From Candidatus Uhrbacteria bacterium (GTDB lineage: Bacteria > Patescibacteriota > Patescibacteriia > UBA9934 > UBA10169), in NCBI GenBank assembly GCA_016187485.1, contig JACPJO010000004.1:56306-120305 (forward strand): 64,000 bases of DNA, written 5' to 3'. Numbering within the stretch: position 1 is the stretch's first letter; every line of letters starts with the position of its first letter. The notes beneath the pieces are model-generated. The model was not told the DNA's origin and made no database searches. It saw nothing but the letters and a program-made list of their open reading frames with translations. The translations under genes and the position numbers were made by a program. Below, piece after piece: positions 16,559-25,100 of the stretch.

Positions 16559-18631
16559 TCAACTAGCAGCCTGTTTCTCTGCATGCGCCAGAGCATCTGC
16601 GTGGAGCTTGCGTTGAAGAATCTCGTTTTCGATTTTGAATTTGAGCTGGTACGCCTGCTGGAGCGCTTCGTGCGGTGTGGGGCGCGCCAAGAAACTTCGG
16701 GCCGTAAGTTGGCGAACGAAACGAAACGTGTCGGGGATCGCTCCGTAGGTCTTGAATTCTGTGATATGTCTGGCGAGTGATTCCTTCTGCGCCTCGGAAA
16801 ACGGCGGATCCGTTTCCACACGGCCCTCGTAGATGGCCTGCATCTGCGCGAGATTATAATTCAGGTCGCCGTACTGCAGACCTCCGTGTTTGTCGTACGC
16901 GCGGTCTTCAAGAAGTTCTTTTACGCCCGTTCGCTTCATCTTCCCGTGCCCTAAGATATTCATGAGAATCACGCCCACGGCAAACGTATCCACTTTCGTC
17001 TGCTCCTTCCAGTCCGGAACCTTCGCTCTCGCGGCAACTTGCTCCGGAGCGATATAGAGCGGCGTCCCCACGACGTTTCCTTCTTTTGTCTCAAGAGGCG
17101 ATTCTGACCGAAGCCGAGACGGCTGTGTTTGCTCAATCGCCTCACCGTCTGGAAGAGCGGCAAGATACTGTTGCATCCGCGCATTATCCCAATTGCGCGG
17201 TGACCACTTTTGCAATTCCGGAAGGTCGGCGAGTTCCTTGTACGCGTATCTCTCCACGAGCCTTTGCAAGCGTGGAACGAGCTCACGCATGCTCGCAATT
17301 TTTTCTTCTGAAGATAGTTCCTCTTGCGTCACAGCCGCTACATCTCTCAAAGCTTCCCAAATGGCCTCCTGCTCTTTCATGGGGAGAAGTTCCCCGAGGC
17401 GCTCCGCCTTACCCTGTTCCTCCGTCCGTGCAAGAAATCCGACACCCCGCACCGACACCAGGGTATACAGTGCATGCGCATCGTGAAGAATCTTCCCCCA
17501 CAGAGTGTGCGTGGCCTCAGAAAACGCAACAACGTCTCCCGACCTGGACCCTTTGGCAAGTCCGAAGTCAAGAAGGTCAAGGCGCCCGTCGGCTCCGCGC
17601 ATAAGGTTCGCCGGCTTCACGTCCCGATGCCGCAGACCGCGCGTATTCATGATCGCAAGCGCTTCAAGCACATCAATGATGTCGTTCATTGCCTTCGAGC
17701 AAACTTCAAGCTGTTCAAAACGATTTCCCTGTTGAAATACGCGCAGACTTTCCCGGCGGTGATCAATCAACTCTCGTTGAAATGACGAGCCTTCTACATA
17801 TTCCATAAACACCGCGATAGCCTCGCGTGTGCGCACCGTCTCTTGCCATGCGTCGGCCAACACCTGAACTTTTTCTTTCTGTCTCGTCTGGAGACGAATA
17901 GCATCAAAGAAAGCCGGAAAATGCGCGGCCTCAACGGGAGAGAACTCTTTACCCTCTGCCATAATCCCCTTTGCAAGCGAAGAAAGAACCACGCCGTTTT
18001 CGTTGCGTCCGGGATGCAGAGCTGCATGCGCGGCAATCTCACGGGCCACCATGGTTTCCTTGCGGATTGTATCTTCCACAAGCGCCGGCTCGCCACGAGA
18101 AACCGCCACGATCTTCATGACAATTTTCTTCCCCGTCTCGCGCGAAGTCCCTACATACGCACGCGCCATCCCGCCTGCCCCCAAAAATTCAAAATCAAAT
18201 GTCTGCCCATGAAGCTCAAGAGTTTTTGGTGCAGGAAACACGTGTCCATCTTTGTCCTCAAAACGGGAGGCCTCCATGGAATAGGTGTAGCGGCCCATCC
18301 AGCCGTGAACAAAAAGCGGGTTCAGATCTTTCAAGGTGGTAAAGATTCGTTCCGCTTGGTGTTCCTTCTGCTCTTCTGCGGACCACACGGGCCAGGCAAA
18401 ACCTTTTTGGTCGCGCACACGTACAGCGGGGGGCATTTTTACTTCCACGCGCATGGCAGGGGCCCGCTCTTTTTCGAAGTTCGCCGTATCTTCCCACAAC
18501 TCTTCTGGTAAATAGCCCGGGTCGTTCACCTGATCAATGTCTTCCACGCCATAAATCTCAATCGTAGGTTCCAGTGGAACCCGTGGCTCTTCGTTCTGCT
18601 CTTCCATGGACATGCGCTCAACACGTGGCAT
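16559..18631 (-). CDS. Eukaryotic-like Ser/Thr protein kinase, cytoplasmic, with a long insertion in the activation segment
   Basis: LRHRDVKPANLM (catalytic loop), LLDFGLAKG (DFG) and GTPLYIAPEQ (APE). DFG and APE are separated by about 150-170 aa. No TM or PASTA domain. The track start is a TTG at 18670. The first ATG (MPRVERMSMEEQ) is at about 18631. Confidence 0.8.
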   Translation of the reverse strand: MPRVERMSMEEQNEEPRVPLEPTIEIYGVEDIDQVNDPGYLPEELWEDTANFEKERAPAMRVEVKMPPAVRVRDQKGFAWPVWSAEEQKEHQAERIFTTLKDLNPLFVHGWMGRYTYSMEASRFEDKDGHVFPAPKTLELHGQTFDFEFLGAGGMARAYVGTSRETGKKIVMKIVAVSRGEPALVEDTIRKETMVAREIAAHAALHPGRNENGVVLSSLAKGIMAEGKEFSPVEAAHFPAFFDAIRLQTRQKEKVQVLADAWQETVRTREAIAVFMEYVEGSSFQRELIDHRRESLRVFQQGNRFEQLEVCSKAMNDIIDVLEALAIMNTRGLRHRDVKPANLMRGADGRLDLLDFGLAKGSRSGDVVAFSEATHTLWGKILHDAHALYTLVSVRGVGFLARTEEQGKAERLGELLPMKEQEAIWEALRDVAAVTQEELSSEEKIASMRELVPRLQRLVERYAYKELADLPELQKWSPRNWDNARMQQYLAALPDGEAIEQTQPSRLRSESPLETKEGNVVGTPLYIAPEQVAARAKVPDWKEQTKVDTFAVGVILMNILGHGKMKRTGVKELLEDRAYDKHGGLQYGDLNYNLAQMQAIYEGRVETDPPFSEAQKESLARHITEFKTYGAIPDTFRFVRQLTARSFLARPTPHEALQQAYQLKFKIENEILQRKLHADALAHAEKQAAS

Positions 18632-18671
18632 AACGAGGGCTATTGTAGCGGTTTTTTTGGCAGGAGACAAA

Positions 18672-18696
18672 AACTCTCCGTTCGAACGGAGAGTTT
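18672..18696 (-). terminator. Hairpin AACTCTCCG-TTCGAA-CGGAGAGTT with a downstream T-run on the minus strand. Terminator immediately 3' of tRNA-Val
   Basis: Seen directly. 9-bp perfect stem. On the minus strand it is followed by TTTTGTCTCC. Confidence 0.5.
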
Positions 18697-18697
18697 T

Positions 18698-18774
18698 TGG
18701 TGGACGTTGGAGGATTCGAACCTCCGACCTTTCGAATGTGAATCGAACGCTCTAACCAGCTGAGCTAAACGTCC
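18698..18774 (-). tRNA. tRNA-Val (anticodon CAC), CCA encoded
   Basis: Reverse complement GGACGTTTAGCTCAGCTGGTTAGAGCGTTCGATTCACATTCGAAAGGTCGGAGGTTCGAATCCTCCAACGTCCACCA folds into a canonical cloverleaf. Perfect 7-bp acceptor stem. Anticodon loop TTCACAT. Confidence 0.88.
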
Positions 18775-18858
18775 ATGCCGCTCGCACGGTACTCTAAAAA
18801 GAGGCATCTAGCAAGCCCGTTGGCTTCTCTTAAGCGACACGGTATACTGACCCAACTT

Positions 18859-20316
18859 ATGGAGGAACCCCGCGTGAATCTGCTTCACAAGAACACCGAA
18901 GAAATGTACGGCCGACGGCCGCGCCCCTTTTTTTTGCGTGCGCGCGTAGTAGGCACGGTGATCGCTCTTACCCTTGTGATTGGGATCGTCTTTTCCGCGA
19001 CATCCAAAGACGCCTCCGAGGAGGTCGGCGGCTCCGTATTCACAACCATCTCGCGCCTTGTTCGCTCGGCCGATAAAGAACTTTCTGGAGAAACAGACGA
19101 CCGTGTAAATATCCTCCTACTTGGCATCGGGGGGAGCGGGCACGATGGGCCAGAGCTCACAGACACTATTATTTTTGGGAGTTTCCAACCATCCACGAAA
19201 CAAATCGGCCTGCTCTCGATCCCCCGCGACCTCGTGATCCCCCTCGAGGGGTACGGCTGGCGCAAGATCAATCACGTGAACGCATATGGAGAGGAGCAAA
19301 AACGTGAGAGTGGGCCAGAGCTTGCTGCACAAACGATTGGAGAAATCCTGGGCCAGCCGGTTCACTACTGGATAAAGGTAGACTTCAAAGGTTTTGAGAC
19401 CTTCATAGACGCCATCGGCGGCATCGACGTGGACGTGGCGCGCGCCTTCACCGACCCCGCCTATCCGCTTGAAGACGAAGAGGGCACCATCACGACCCTC
19501 CATTTTGAAACAGGGCCCCAGCAGATGGATGGAAAGACCGCCCTGCAATTTGTGCGCTCGCGTCACGGCGACAACGGCGAAGGGTCGGACTTTGCGCGCG
19601 CCGCCCGCCAGCAGCTGGTACTCGTCGCGGTAAAGAAGAAATTACTTTCCGCCTCCGTGCTGTTGAACCCGGCGCGCCTCACGCGCTTAGTGGGAACGTT
19701 GCGCGAGAATATGCGCACGAACCTTTCTTCGTGGGAGATCCTGCGCTTGGCGCGCATGGAAGATCTCTTCACTGGACCGTCTATCAATCATATTGTGCTC
19801 GACACACGCCCCGGTAGTCCGCTGTACGAAACGACAGCGGGCGGCGCGTATGTTATCTTGCCGCGCCACCAAAACTGGGATCGCATCCAAGACATTGCAA
19901 AAAATCTTTTCGACGCGTCCGAAGCAGATCTTGTTTCGCGCGAAGCGGCGCCGCGCGGCATCACGCTTGACATTCAAAATGGCACAGACATCCCAAGCCT
20001 CGCCGCCACCGTGGGCAACCTTCTACGCGAGGAAGGGTACACCGTCGCCGATGTAGGAAACGCCGAAATCAACGGCGTGAAGGAAACGATCATCTATGAC
20101 CGGAGCTACGGTGCCTATCCCGCCGAGCTTCTTGCTCTTGCGGATTATCTTAACGCACGCATTTCCCAATCGGCAGGCGGCTGGCTGGTAAGCCAAGAGA
20201 TCGTCCCCGACGAACTCACGATCCGGCCTATTGACGTTGCCTCGGCTGGCCCGCCGGTTGACTTTCTGGTCATTCTTGGGGAAAGTACCGTGGATCGCCT
20301 CTCCTTGCGACCCTAG
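18859..20316 (+). CDS. LytR-CpsA-Psr (LCP) family cell-envelope phosphotransferase
   Basis: N-terminal TM helix, NILLLGIGGSGHDGPELTDTIIF, LLSIPRDL and HYWIKVDFKGFETFIDAIGGIDVDV are LCP signatures. The track start at 18775 abuts tRNA-Val, so I took the ATG at 18859. Confidence 0.85.
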   Translation: MEEPRVNLLHKNTEEMYGRRPRPFFLRARVVGTVIALTLVIGIVFSATSKDASEEVGGSVFTTISRLVRSADKELSGETDDRVNILLLGIGGSGHDGPELTDTIIFGSFQPSTKQIGLLSIPRDLVIPLEGYGWRKINHVNAYGEEQKRESGPELAAQTIGEILGQPVHYWIKVDFKGFETFIDAIGGIDVDVARAFTDPAYPLEDEEGTITTLHFETGPQQMDGKTALQFVRSRHGDNGEGSDFARAARQQLVLVAVKKKLLSASVLLNPARLTRLVGTLRENMRTNLSSWEILRLARMEDLFTGPSINHIVLDTRPGSPLYETTAGGAYVILPRHQNWDRIQDIAKNLFDASEADLVSREAAPRGITLDIQNGTDIPSLAATVGNLLREEGYTVADVGNAEINGVKETIIYDRSYGAYPAELLALADYLNARISQSAGGWLVSQEIVPDELTIRPIDVASAGPPVDFLVILGESTVDRLSLRP

Positions 20317-20318
20317 CT

Positions 20319-21665
20319 ATGCCTACTCTTCCAACCGTCGCTATTGTCGGCCGAGCAAACGTGGGAAAATCCACGTTGTTTAATTGTTTGGTGGAAGAGA
20401 AGAAAGCACTGGTCTCTCCGGTGGCCGGTACGACGCGCGATCGGCAAGAGGGGTACGTGCTCTGGCGCGGCCACGTCATACGTGTGCTCGATACGGGCGG
20501 ACTCGACATCAAACACCCGGACGACATTGAACGCGAGATCATCCGTCAGACCGATCTTGCCACAAAAGAGGCCGACGTGGTTCTTCTCCTTCTCGACGCG
20601 GGCGTAGGGCCTATGGAATTCGACCGTGAGCTCTATCGGCGCGTGCAGAAACTCCACAAGCCCGTGGTCATCGCGGCAAATAAATGCGACACGAAGCCCG
20701 CCAAACGACAGTCTTCTGCCGACTGGCGATTCCCGGGCGGGGAACCCACGCGCATTTCTTCCATCCGTGGAGAAGGAACAGGCGATCTCCTCGATCATTT
20801 GTTCGAGTTGTTTGAAAAATTAGGCAAGCCGCCCGCTCCGCAATCGGAGGTCATACCTGTGCGTGTCGCCATGATCGGTAAACCCAACGTAGGAAAGTCC
20901 TCTCTCTTAAATAGCCTACTGGGCGAGGAACGCTTCATCACCTCCCCCGTGGCGCACACAACCCGTTCGCCAAATGACGTACGTACAGAGCATGACGGTC
21001 ACTCCTATATATTTATTGATACGGCCGGTATTCGCCGGCGCGTCAGCCGCGAATATACGCCCATGCTGGAGAAAGCGGGGGTGGAACAAACGCGCGCCAC
21101 GCTTCGGCGCACCGACGTCGTACTGTTCGTGATAGACGCCACCGACGCCATCGGTGTCCAAGAAAAAGTTCTCGCGGGAGAAATTGCCGACTCCGGTGCC
21201 GGCGTAATCATTGTGGTGAATAAGTGGGATCTGGTGGAAGAAAAAAAGACCGGCACCATCAACACCTATCAAGAACGCATCCTCGACCATCTCCCCATGC
21301 TTGCCTTTGCACCGCTTATGTTCGTGAGCGCAAAGACGGGTCAGCGTGTCGCGCGTTTGTTCGCCGCCATTGGAGAGGTGCAGAAAACACGTTTCTCAGA
21401 GTTCGACGACGAAGCCGTGGAGGCGTTTCTGCGTCAAGCCATCGCGCGCCACCGTCCCACGAAGGGCATGGGCACCGCGCCGCCGAAGATTATGGGCATG
21501 CGCCAAATCGGCACGGCTCCCCCTACGTTTGTGATTGCGGTAAAATCCAGGCATACAAAAAAACTCCACACATCCTATGTGCGCTATCTTGAAAACCGGC
21601 TTCGGGAAACCTTCGAGCTTTCTGGCGTCCCTGTGCGCTTGGTGGTCAAAGCCGTCGCGTCGTAA
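20319..21665 (+). CDS. der: Ribosome-biogenesis GTPase Der (EngA), with tandem GTPase domains
   Basis: Two G-domains (GRANVGKSTLFN and GKPNVGKSSLLN) plus a KH-like C-terminus. Confidence 0.9.
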   Translation: MPTLPTVAIVGRANVGKSTLFNCLVEEKKALVSPVAGTTRDRQEGYVLWRGHVIRVLDTGGLDIKHPDDIEREIIRQTDLATKEADVVLLLLDAGVGPMEFDRELYRRVQKLHKPVVIAANKCDTKPAKRQSSADWRFPGGEPTRISSIRGEGTGDLLDHLFELFEKLGKPPAPQSEVIPVRVAMIGKPNVGKSSLLNSLLGEERFITSPVAHTTRSPNDVRTEHDGHSYIFIDTAGIRRRVSREYTPMLEKAGVEQTRATLRRTDVVLFVIDATDAIGVQEKVLAGEIADSGAGVIIVVNKWDLVEEKKTGTINTYQERILDHLPMLAFAPLMFVSAKTGQRVARLFAAIGEVQKTRFSEFDDEAVEAFLRQAIARHRPTKGMGTAPPKIMGMRQIGTAPPTFVIAVKSRHTKKLHTSYVRYLENRLRETFELSGVPVRLVVKAVAS

Positions 21666-21666
21666 T

Positions 21667-22179
21667 ATGCGCCCACTCATCGTGGGGCTTGGCAATGTCG
21701 GCAAGGAGTATGAGCAGACACGGCATAACGTGGGATTTGAAATCGTAGACGCACTTGCAAAAGGAAAAAATCTTTCATGGAAAAAGGAGGCGGCACGACA
21801 CGCGTTTGTGGCCACATCGCGAGAAGTGATTTTGGCAAAGCCCACCACCTACATGAACCGCTCGGGAGAGGCTGTACGAGAACTTGTGTCGTTTTACAAA
21901 CCCTCCCGCATCGTGGTGATCTACGATGACGCCGACTTGCCCATGGGAGAAATCCGTGTGCGCGGAGACGGTCGGAGTGCAGGCCACAACGGAATTGCGT
22001 CCGTCATTGAACATATTGGAGAGGAGGCGTTTACGCGTGTGCGTGTAGGCATCGGCCGGCCAGAAAACAAAGATATTCCTCTTGAAGATTGGGTGCTCGG
22101 AACGTGGAATGAGGAGGAATGGAAAAAGATAAAAAATATTGTGGAGGAGGCCACACAAAAAGTCGAAATCCAGCCGTAG
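21667..22179 (+). CDS. pth: Peptidyl-tRNA hydrolase
   Basis: MRPLIVGLGNVGKEYEQTRHNVGF... Starts 1 nt after the der stop. Confidence 0.9.
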   Translation: MRPLIVGLGNVGKEYEQTRHNVGFEIVDALAKGKNLSWKKEAARHAFVATSREVILAKPTTYMNRSGEAVRELVSFYKPSRIVVIYDDADLPMGEIRVRGDGRSAGHNGIASVIEHIGEEAFTRVRVGIGRPENKDIPLEDWVLGTWNEEEWKKIKNIVEEATQKVEIQP

Positions 22180-22202
22180 GGCTGGATTGAGGAGAAAGAA
22201 CA

Positions 22203-23825
22203 CTACTTGATGTCTTCGCCGTAGCAGCTCTGGGCTCTGCCTTCGGCGTTCTTGGTGCAGAGGGTGGGAATGCCCCCGCAGTAGTACCGGTCGTAGAGGG
22301 TGCGCTTCTCGCGACCCTTCACGTTGACGGCACCGGGCACGCACTCGCCCTTGAGGACATCGCCCGTCAGCATCGCCTCGAGCGCGCGCTGGGCGTACCC
22401 AGCTTTCTTCTCGGCGGCGAGAGCGCGCTCGTCAGCCTTGCCGAACTTGGTCTCGGCCAAGTGCGCCGAAGCGGCAGACTCCGCCGCAGCGGCTTCAGCA
22501 GCCGAGCGCAGTTCCTCCCGACGGGACGTTTCCTTCGAGAAGACGGTGATGAGACTGGCCACGTGGTCGTTCATCCACTCCGACGACTCGCCGATGCTCG
22601 CGATCTGCTCGCTCTGGGTTGCGTCCACGCGGCCCTGGTGCATCCAGAACGCAACGATTCCAGTAGCAAGGACGGTAAAGAGGCCGATCACGATCGTCCG
22701 CACACGCTTGAGCGCGTGGAGAGCCAGAGAGAGGCGTTGACCGAGATCTTCCACCTGCTTCACGGACGGGAGCGCGATGACCGGCATCGGCCGCTCCGTC
22801 CCGGGGGTCGTCTGCTGCCTGGACGGCGGCGGCTCGGGGTAGGCCAGCCTGCGCAGTGCCACCATCCCCTGCTCCATGGTCATGAGCCGATCCCACATAC
22901 CGTCGAAGACCGCACGGTTGTACGCCGGCTCTCCGCTTCCGTCGCAGATGACCGCGACGATCTGCGTCCACATGCCCGTGAGGTCCGGACGACTGATCGT
23001 GAAGGGGAACTTCGTCGCCAGGATGGCCCAGACATTCTGGGCGTTCATCGCCTTGGGAGCATCCCCCATCCCGAGGACCTCGGCCCACAGGTAGTCGCGG
23101 CGCAAGTTGGGCAGACGCCACAGATCTTCGGGACTGGGCGGCGCCTTCGCTGCCTGATCTTCACGCTTGAGCTGCTTCCAGATCGTGTCAAAGCTCGCCC
23201 GTCCGAGGGGAGGAAGATCACCCTGGCAGAGCATCAACTCCACCATCAGGTTGAAGTCAAGACGCATCTGCGGAAGAGCGACGATGTTGGGGAAGTGCCG
23301 CTGAAGCAGCCGCCAGGCGTTGTCCTCGTTGATGTCCCGAGGGTCCATCCCCTCGATCTCGAAGACCCGGCAGAGATACGCCCACCGGACGTCCAGGCCC
23401 CTCCAGTTGGCCTCAGGGTTCGGATCCGGCGCCACGGGCGGGCCGTTGCCCCCTCCGTTCGCTTCAAGTTCCGCCGCCACGCGGTGCATCTCGTCGGGGT
23501 CGAAGCCCTCCGTTTCCTCATCGTTCCCGATGCCATCGTGGATGGCTGCGGCCAGCACGTCCCGCCGACGGTCACCCTGGAACAATGGCCCCTCCGGAAT
23601 GCCGGGAATGGATCCCCCCTCTTCGTCTGCTGTCTGCACCGGCGGGGCACCACCAACCACCGGCACGATGCCGGGGCGCGGAAGATCCGTCGAGCCGGGG
23701 GCAGCCTCTCCCTCATCCCCAGGCGGTCGGGGAAGAAATCCCTCGTCTTCCACGATCTGTGCGGGACCCTTCTGGCCCTTGTTTCCATCGTTGCTTGAAA
23801 TGAGCATTCTGTTGTCTCCCTCCAT
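22203..23825 (-). CDS. Hypothetical 540-aa protein with compositionally foreign (very high GC3) codon usage. Disordered Pro/Gly/Glu N-terminus, two tandem aromatic-rich repeats of about 85 aa, one TM helix, a coiled-coil Ala/Glu segment and a Cys-rich C-terminus
   Basis: Balanced amino-acid composition on the minus frame. The overlapping plus-strand ORFs are Arg-rich artefacts. Repeats are ...WRLLQRHFPNIVALPQMRLDFNLMVELMLCQGDLPPLGRASFDTIWKQL and ...VWAILATKFPFTISRPDLTGMWTQIVAVICDGSGEPAYNRAVFDGMWDRL. TM helix IVIGLFTVLATGIVAFWMH. Confidence 0.6.
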   Translation of the reverse strand: MEGDNRMLISSNDGNKGQKGPAQIVEDEGFLPRPPGDEGEAAPGSTDLPRPGIVPVVGGAPPVQTADEEGGSIPGIPEGPLFQGDRRRDVLAAAIHDGIGNDEETEGFDPDEMHRVAAELEANGGGNGPPVAPDPNPEANWRGLDVRWAYLCRVFEIEGMDPRDINEDNAWRLLQRHFPNIVALPQMRLDFNLMVELMLCQGDLPPLGRASFDTIWKQLKREDQAAKAPPSPEDLWRLPNLRRDYLWAEVLGMGDAPKAMNAQNVWAILATKFPFTISRPDLTGMWTQIVAVICDGSGEPAYNRAVFDGMWDRLMTMEQGMVALRRLAYPEPPPSRQQTTPGTERPMPVIALPSVKQVEDLGQRLSLALHALKRVRTIVIGLFTVLATGIVAFWMHQGRVDATQSEQIASIGESSEWMNDHVASLITVFSKETSRREELRSAAEAAAAESAASAHLAETKFGKADERALAAEKKAGYAQRALEAMLTGDVLKGECVPGAVNVKGREKRTLYDRYYCGGIPTLCTKNAEGRAQSCYGEDIK

Positions 23826-23900
23826 AGGTCGCCAGACCCACAGGAGCCTCGGATGCTAACAAGAGAACTTCCTCTCGTCAAGCATCACAAGTACAATAGC

Positions 23901-25019
23901 ATGCACCCTATGTTGACGACGGAGTTGCAAAAAACTGACCTCCCCTTCGCCCTCGCCGCCGCCCGTTTTCCCAAATTCGGCGCCAAACGCCTGGCGCGCC
24001 TCAAGAAGGCTTTTGGGAATTTCGAGACCGTATGGGGTGCCGAGGCAAGAGACCTGGCGCGGGCGATCGAGCACATGGCGCTTGCCGAGGAGTTTGTCGC
24101 GGCACGACGAACCATCGAACCAGCAGAAGAAGTCGACAGGCTTGCGCAGACAGGCGTGTCAGTGGTGTGGATCGAAGAAGAGACGTACCCAGCTCTTCTG
24201 CGCGAAATCCATGACCCACCTCCCTTCCTTTTTCATCGCGGCGCCCTTCCAAAACCAGCCGACGTTCTTCTGTCCGTTGTGGGAAGCCGTCACATGAGTC
24301 GTTATGGCGCAGCTGTCCTTGAGATGTTTATGCCAGAACTCGCGCGCTCCGGTGTGCACATTGTAAGCGGTCTTGCACTTGGGTGCGACGGGTACGCACA
24401 CGAACTTACCGTGAAGCACCGCGGATGCACCTATGGAATTGTCGCGGGCGGATGTGACACCGAGAGTATCACGCCCGGACAAAATCGCGCGCTGGCGCAC
24501 GCCATGATCGCCGCAGGGGGTGGGGTGATCTCTGAACAACCTGTGGGTACCGCATCCTATCCGTCATCTTTTCCGCTGCGCAACCGATTGATTGCTGGCA
24601 TCAGCCGCGCCACATTAGTGATCGAGGCCGCTGAAGCGTCCGGCTCGCTTATCACTGCGCGTCTGGCGCTCGAAGAAAATCGCGACGTCCTTGCCGTTCC
24701 GGGTCCCATCAATGCTCCTATGAGTATCGGCACAAACCGGCTCGTGCGTTTTGGTGCGCATGTTGTTACCTCGGCCGAAGACATCCTCTCTCTTTTAGAG
24801 CTTGCCCCCACCACCCCTGTACCCGCGCGCATCGTCGAGCCACAAAACGCAACCGAAGCGGCTCTCCTCCCCCACCTCAACACGCACGGCATACATGTAG
24901 ACGAGCTTGTGCGGGCCAGTCGCCTCCCTACCACCCTCGTTCTCCAAACCCTTACCGCCATGGAACTGCGCGAGGTCGTTGTCCATATCGGAGGGAATCA
25001 TTATCGGTTGAACGGGTAG
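23901..25019 (+). CDS. dprA: DNA processing protein A (DprA/Smf)
   Basis: VVGSRHMSRYG...SGLALGCDGYAH...GGCDTESITPGQNRALAHAMIAAGGGVISEQ...FPLRNRLIAGIS. The track ORF starts at 23853. The ATG at 23901 is more plausible. Confidence 0.85.
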   Translation: MHPMLTTELQKTDLPFALAAARFPKFGAKRLARLKKAFGNFETVWGAEARDLARAIEHMALAEEFVAARRTIEPAEEVDRLAQTGVSVVWIEEETYPALLREIHDPPPFLFHRGALPKPADVLLSVVGSRHMSRYGAAVLEMFMPELARSGVHIVSGLALGCDGYAHELTVKHRGCTYGIVAGGCDTESITPGQNRALAHAMIAAGGGVISEQPVGTASYPSSFPLRNRLIAGISRATLVIEAAEASGSLITARLALEENRDVLAVPGPINAPMSIGTNRLVRFGAHVVTSAEDILSLLELAPTTPVPARIVEPQNATEAALLPHLNTHGIHVDELVRASRLPTTLVLQTLTAMELREVVVHIGGNHYRLNG

Positions 25020-25100
25020 CAAACCAGGATGTACAGATCGTGGTCCCCGCTTGACGAAGTCCGTCGCTCTTGTCATTGTGTGTCCCATTGACCGCCCTGC

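Noticed and set aside
22461-23798. 445-aa plus-strand ORF antisense to the 540-aa gene
   Set aside because: Extreme Arg/Asp/Val/Gly bias. The minus-strand frame has balanced composition with TM and repeat structure.
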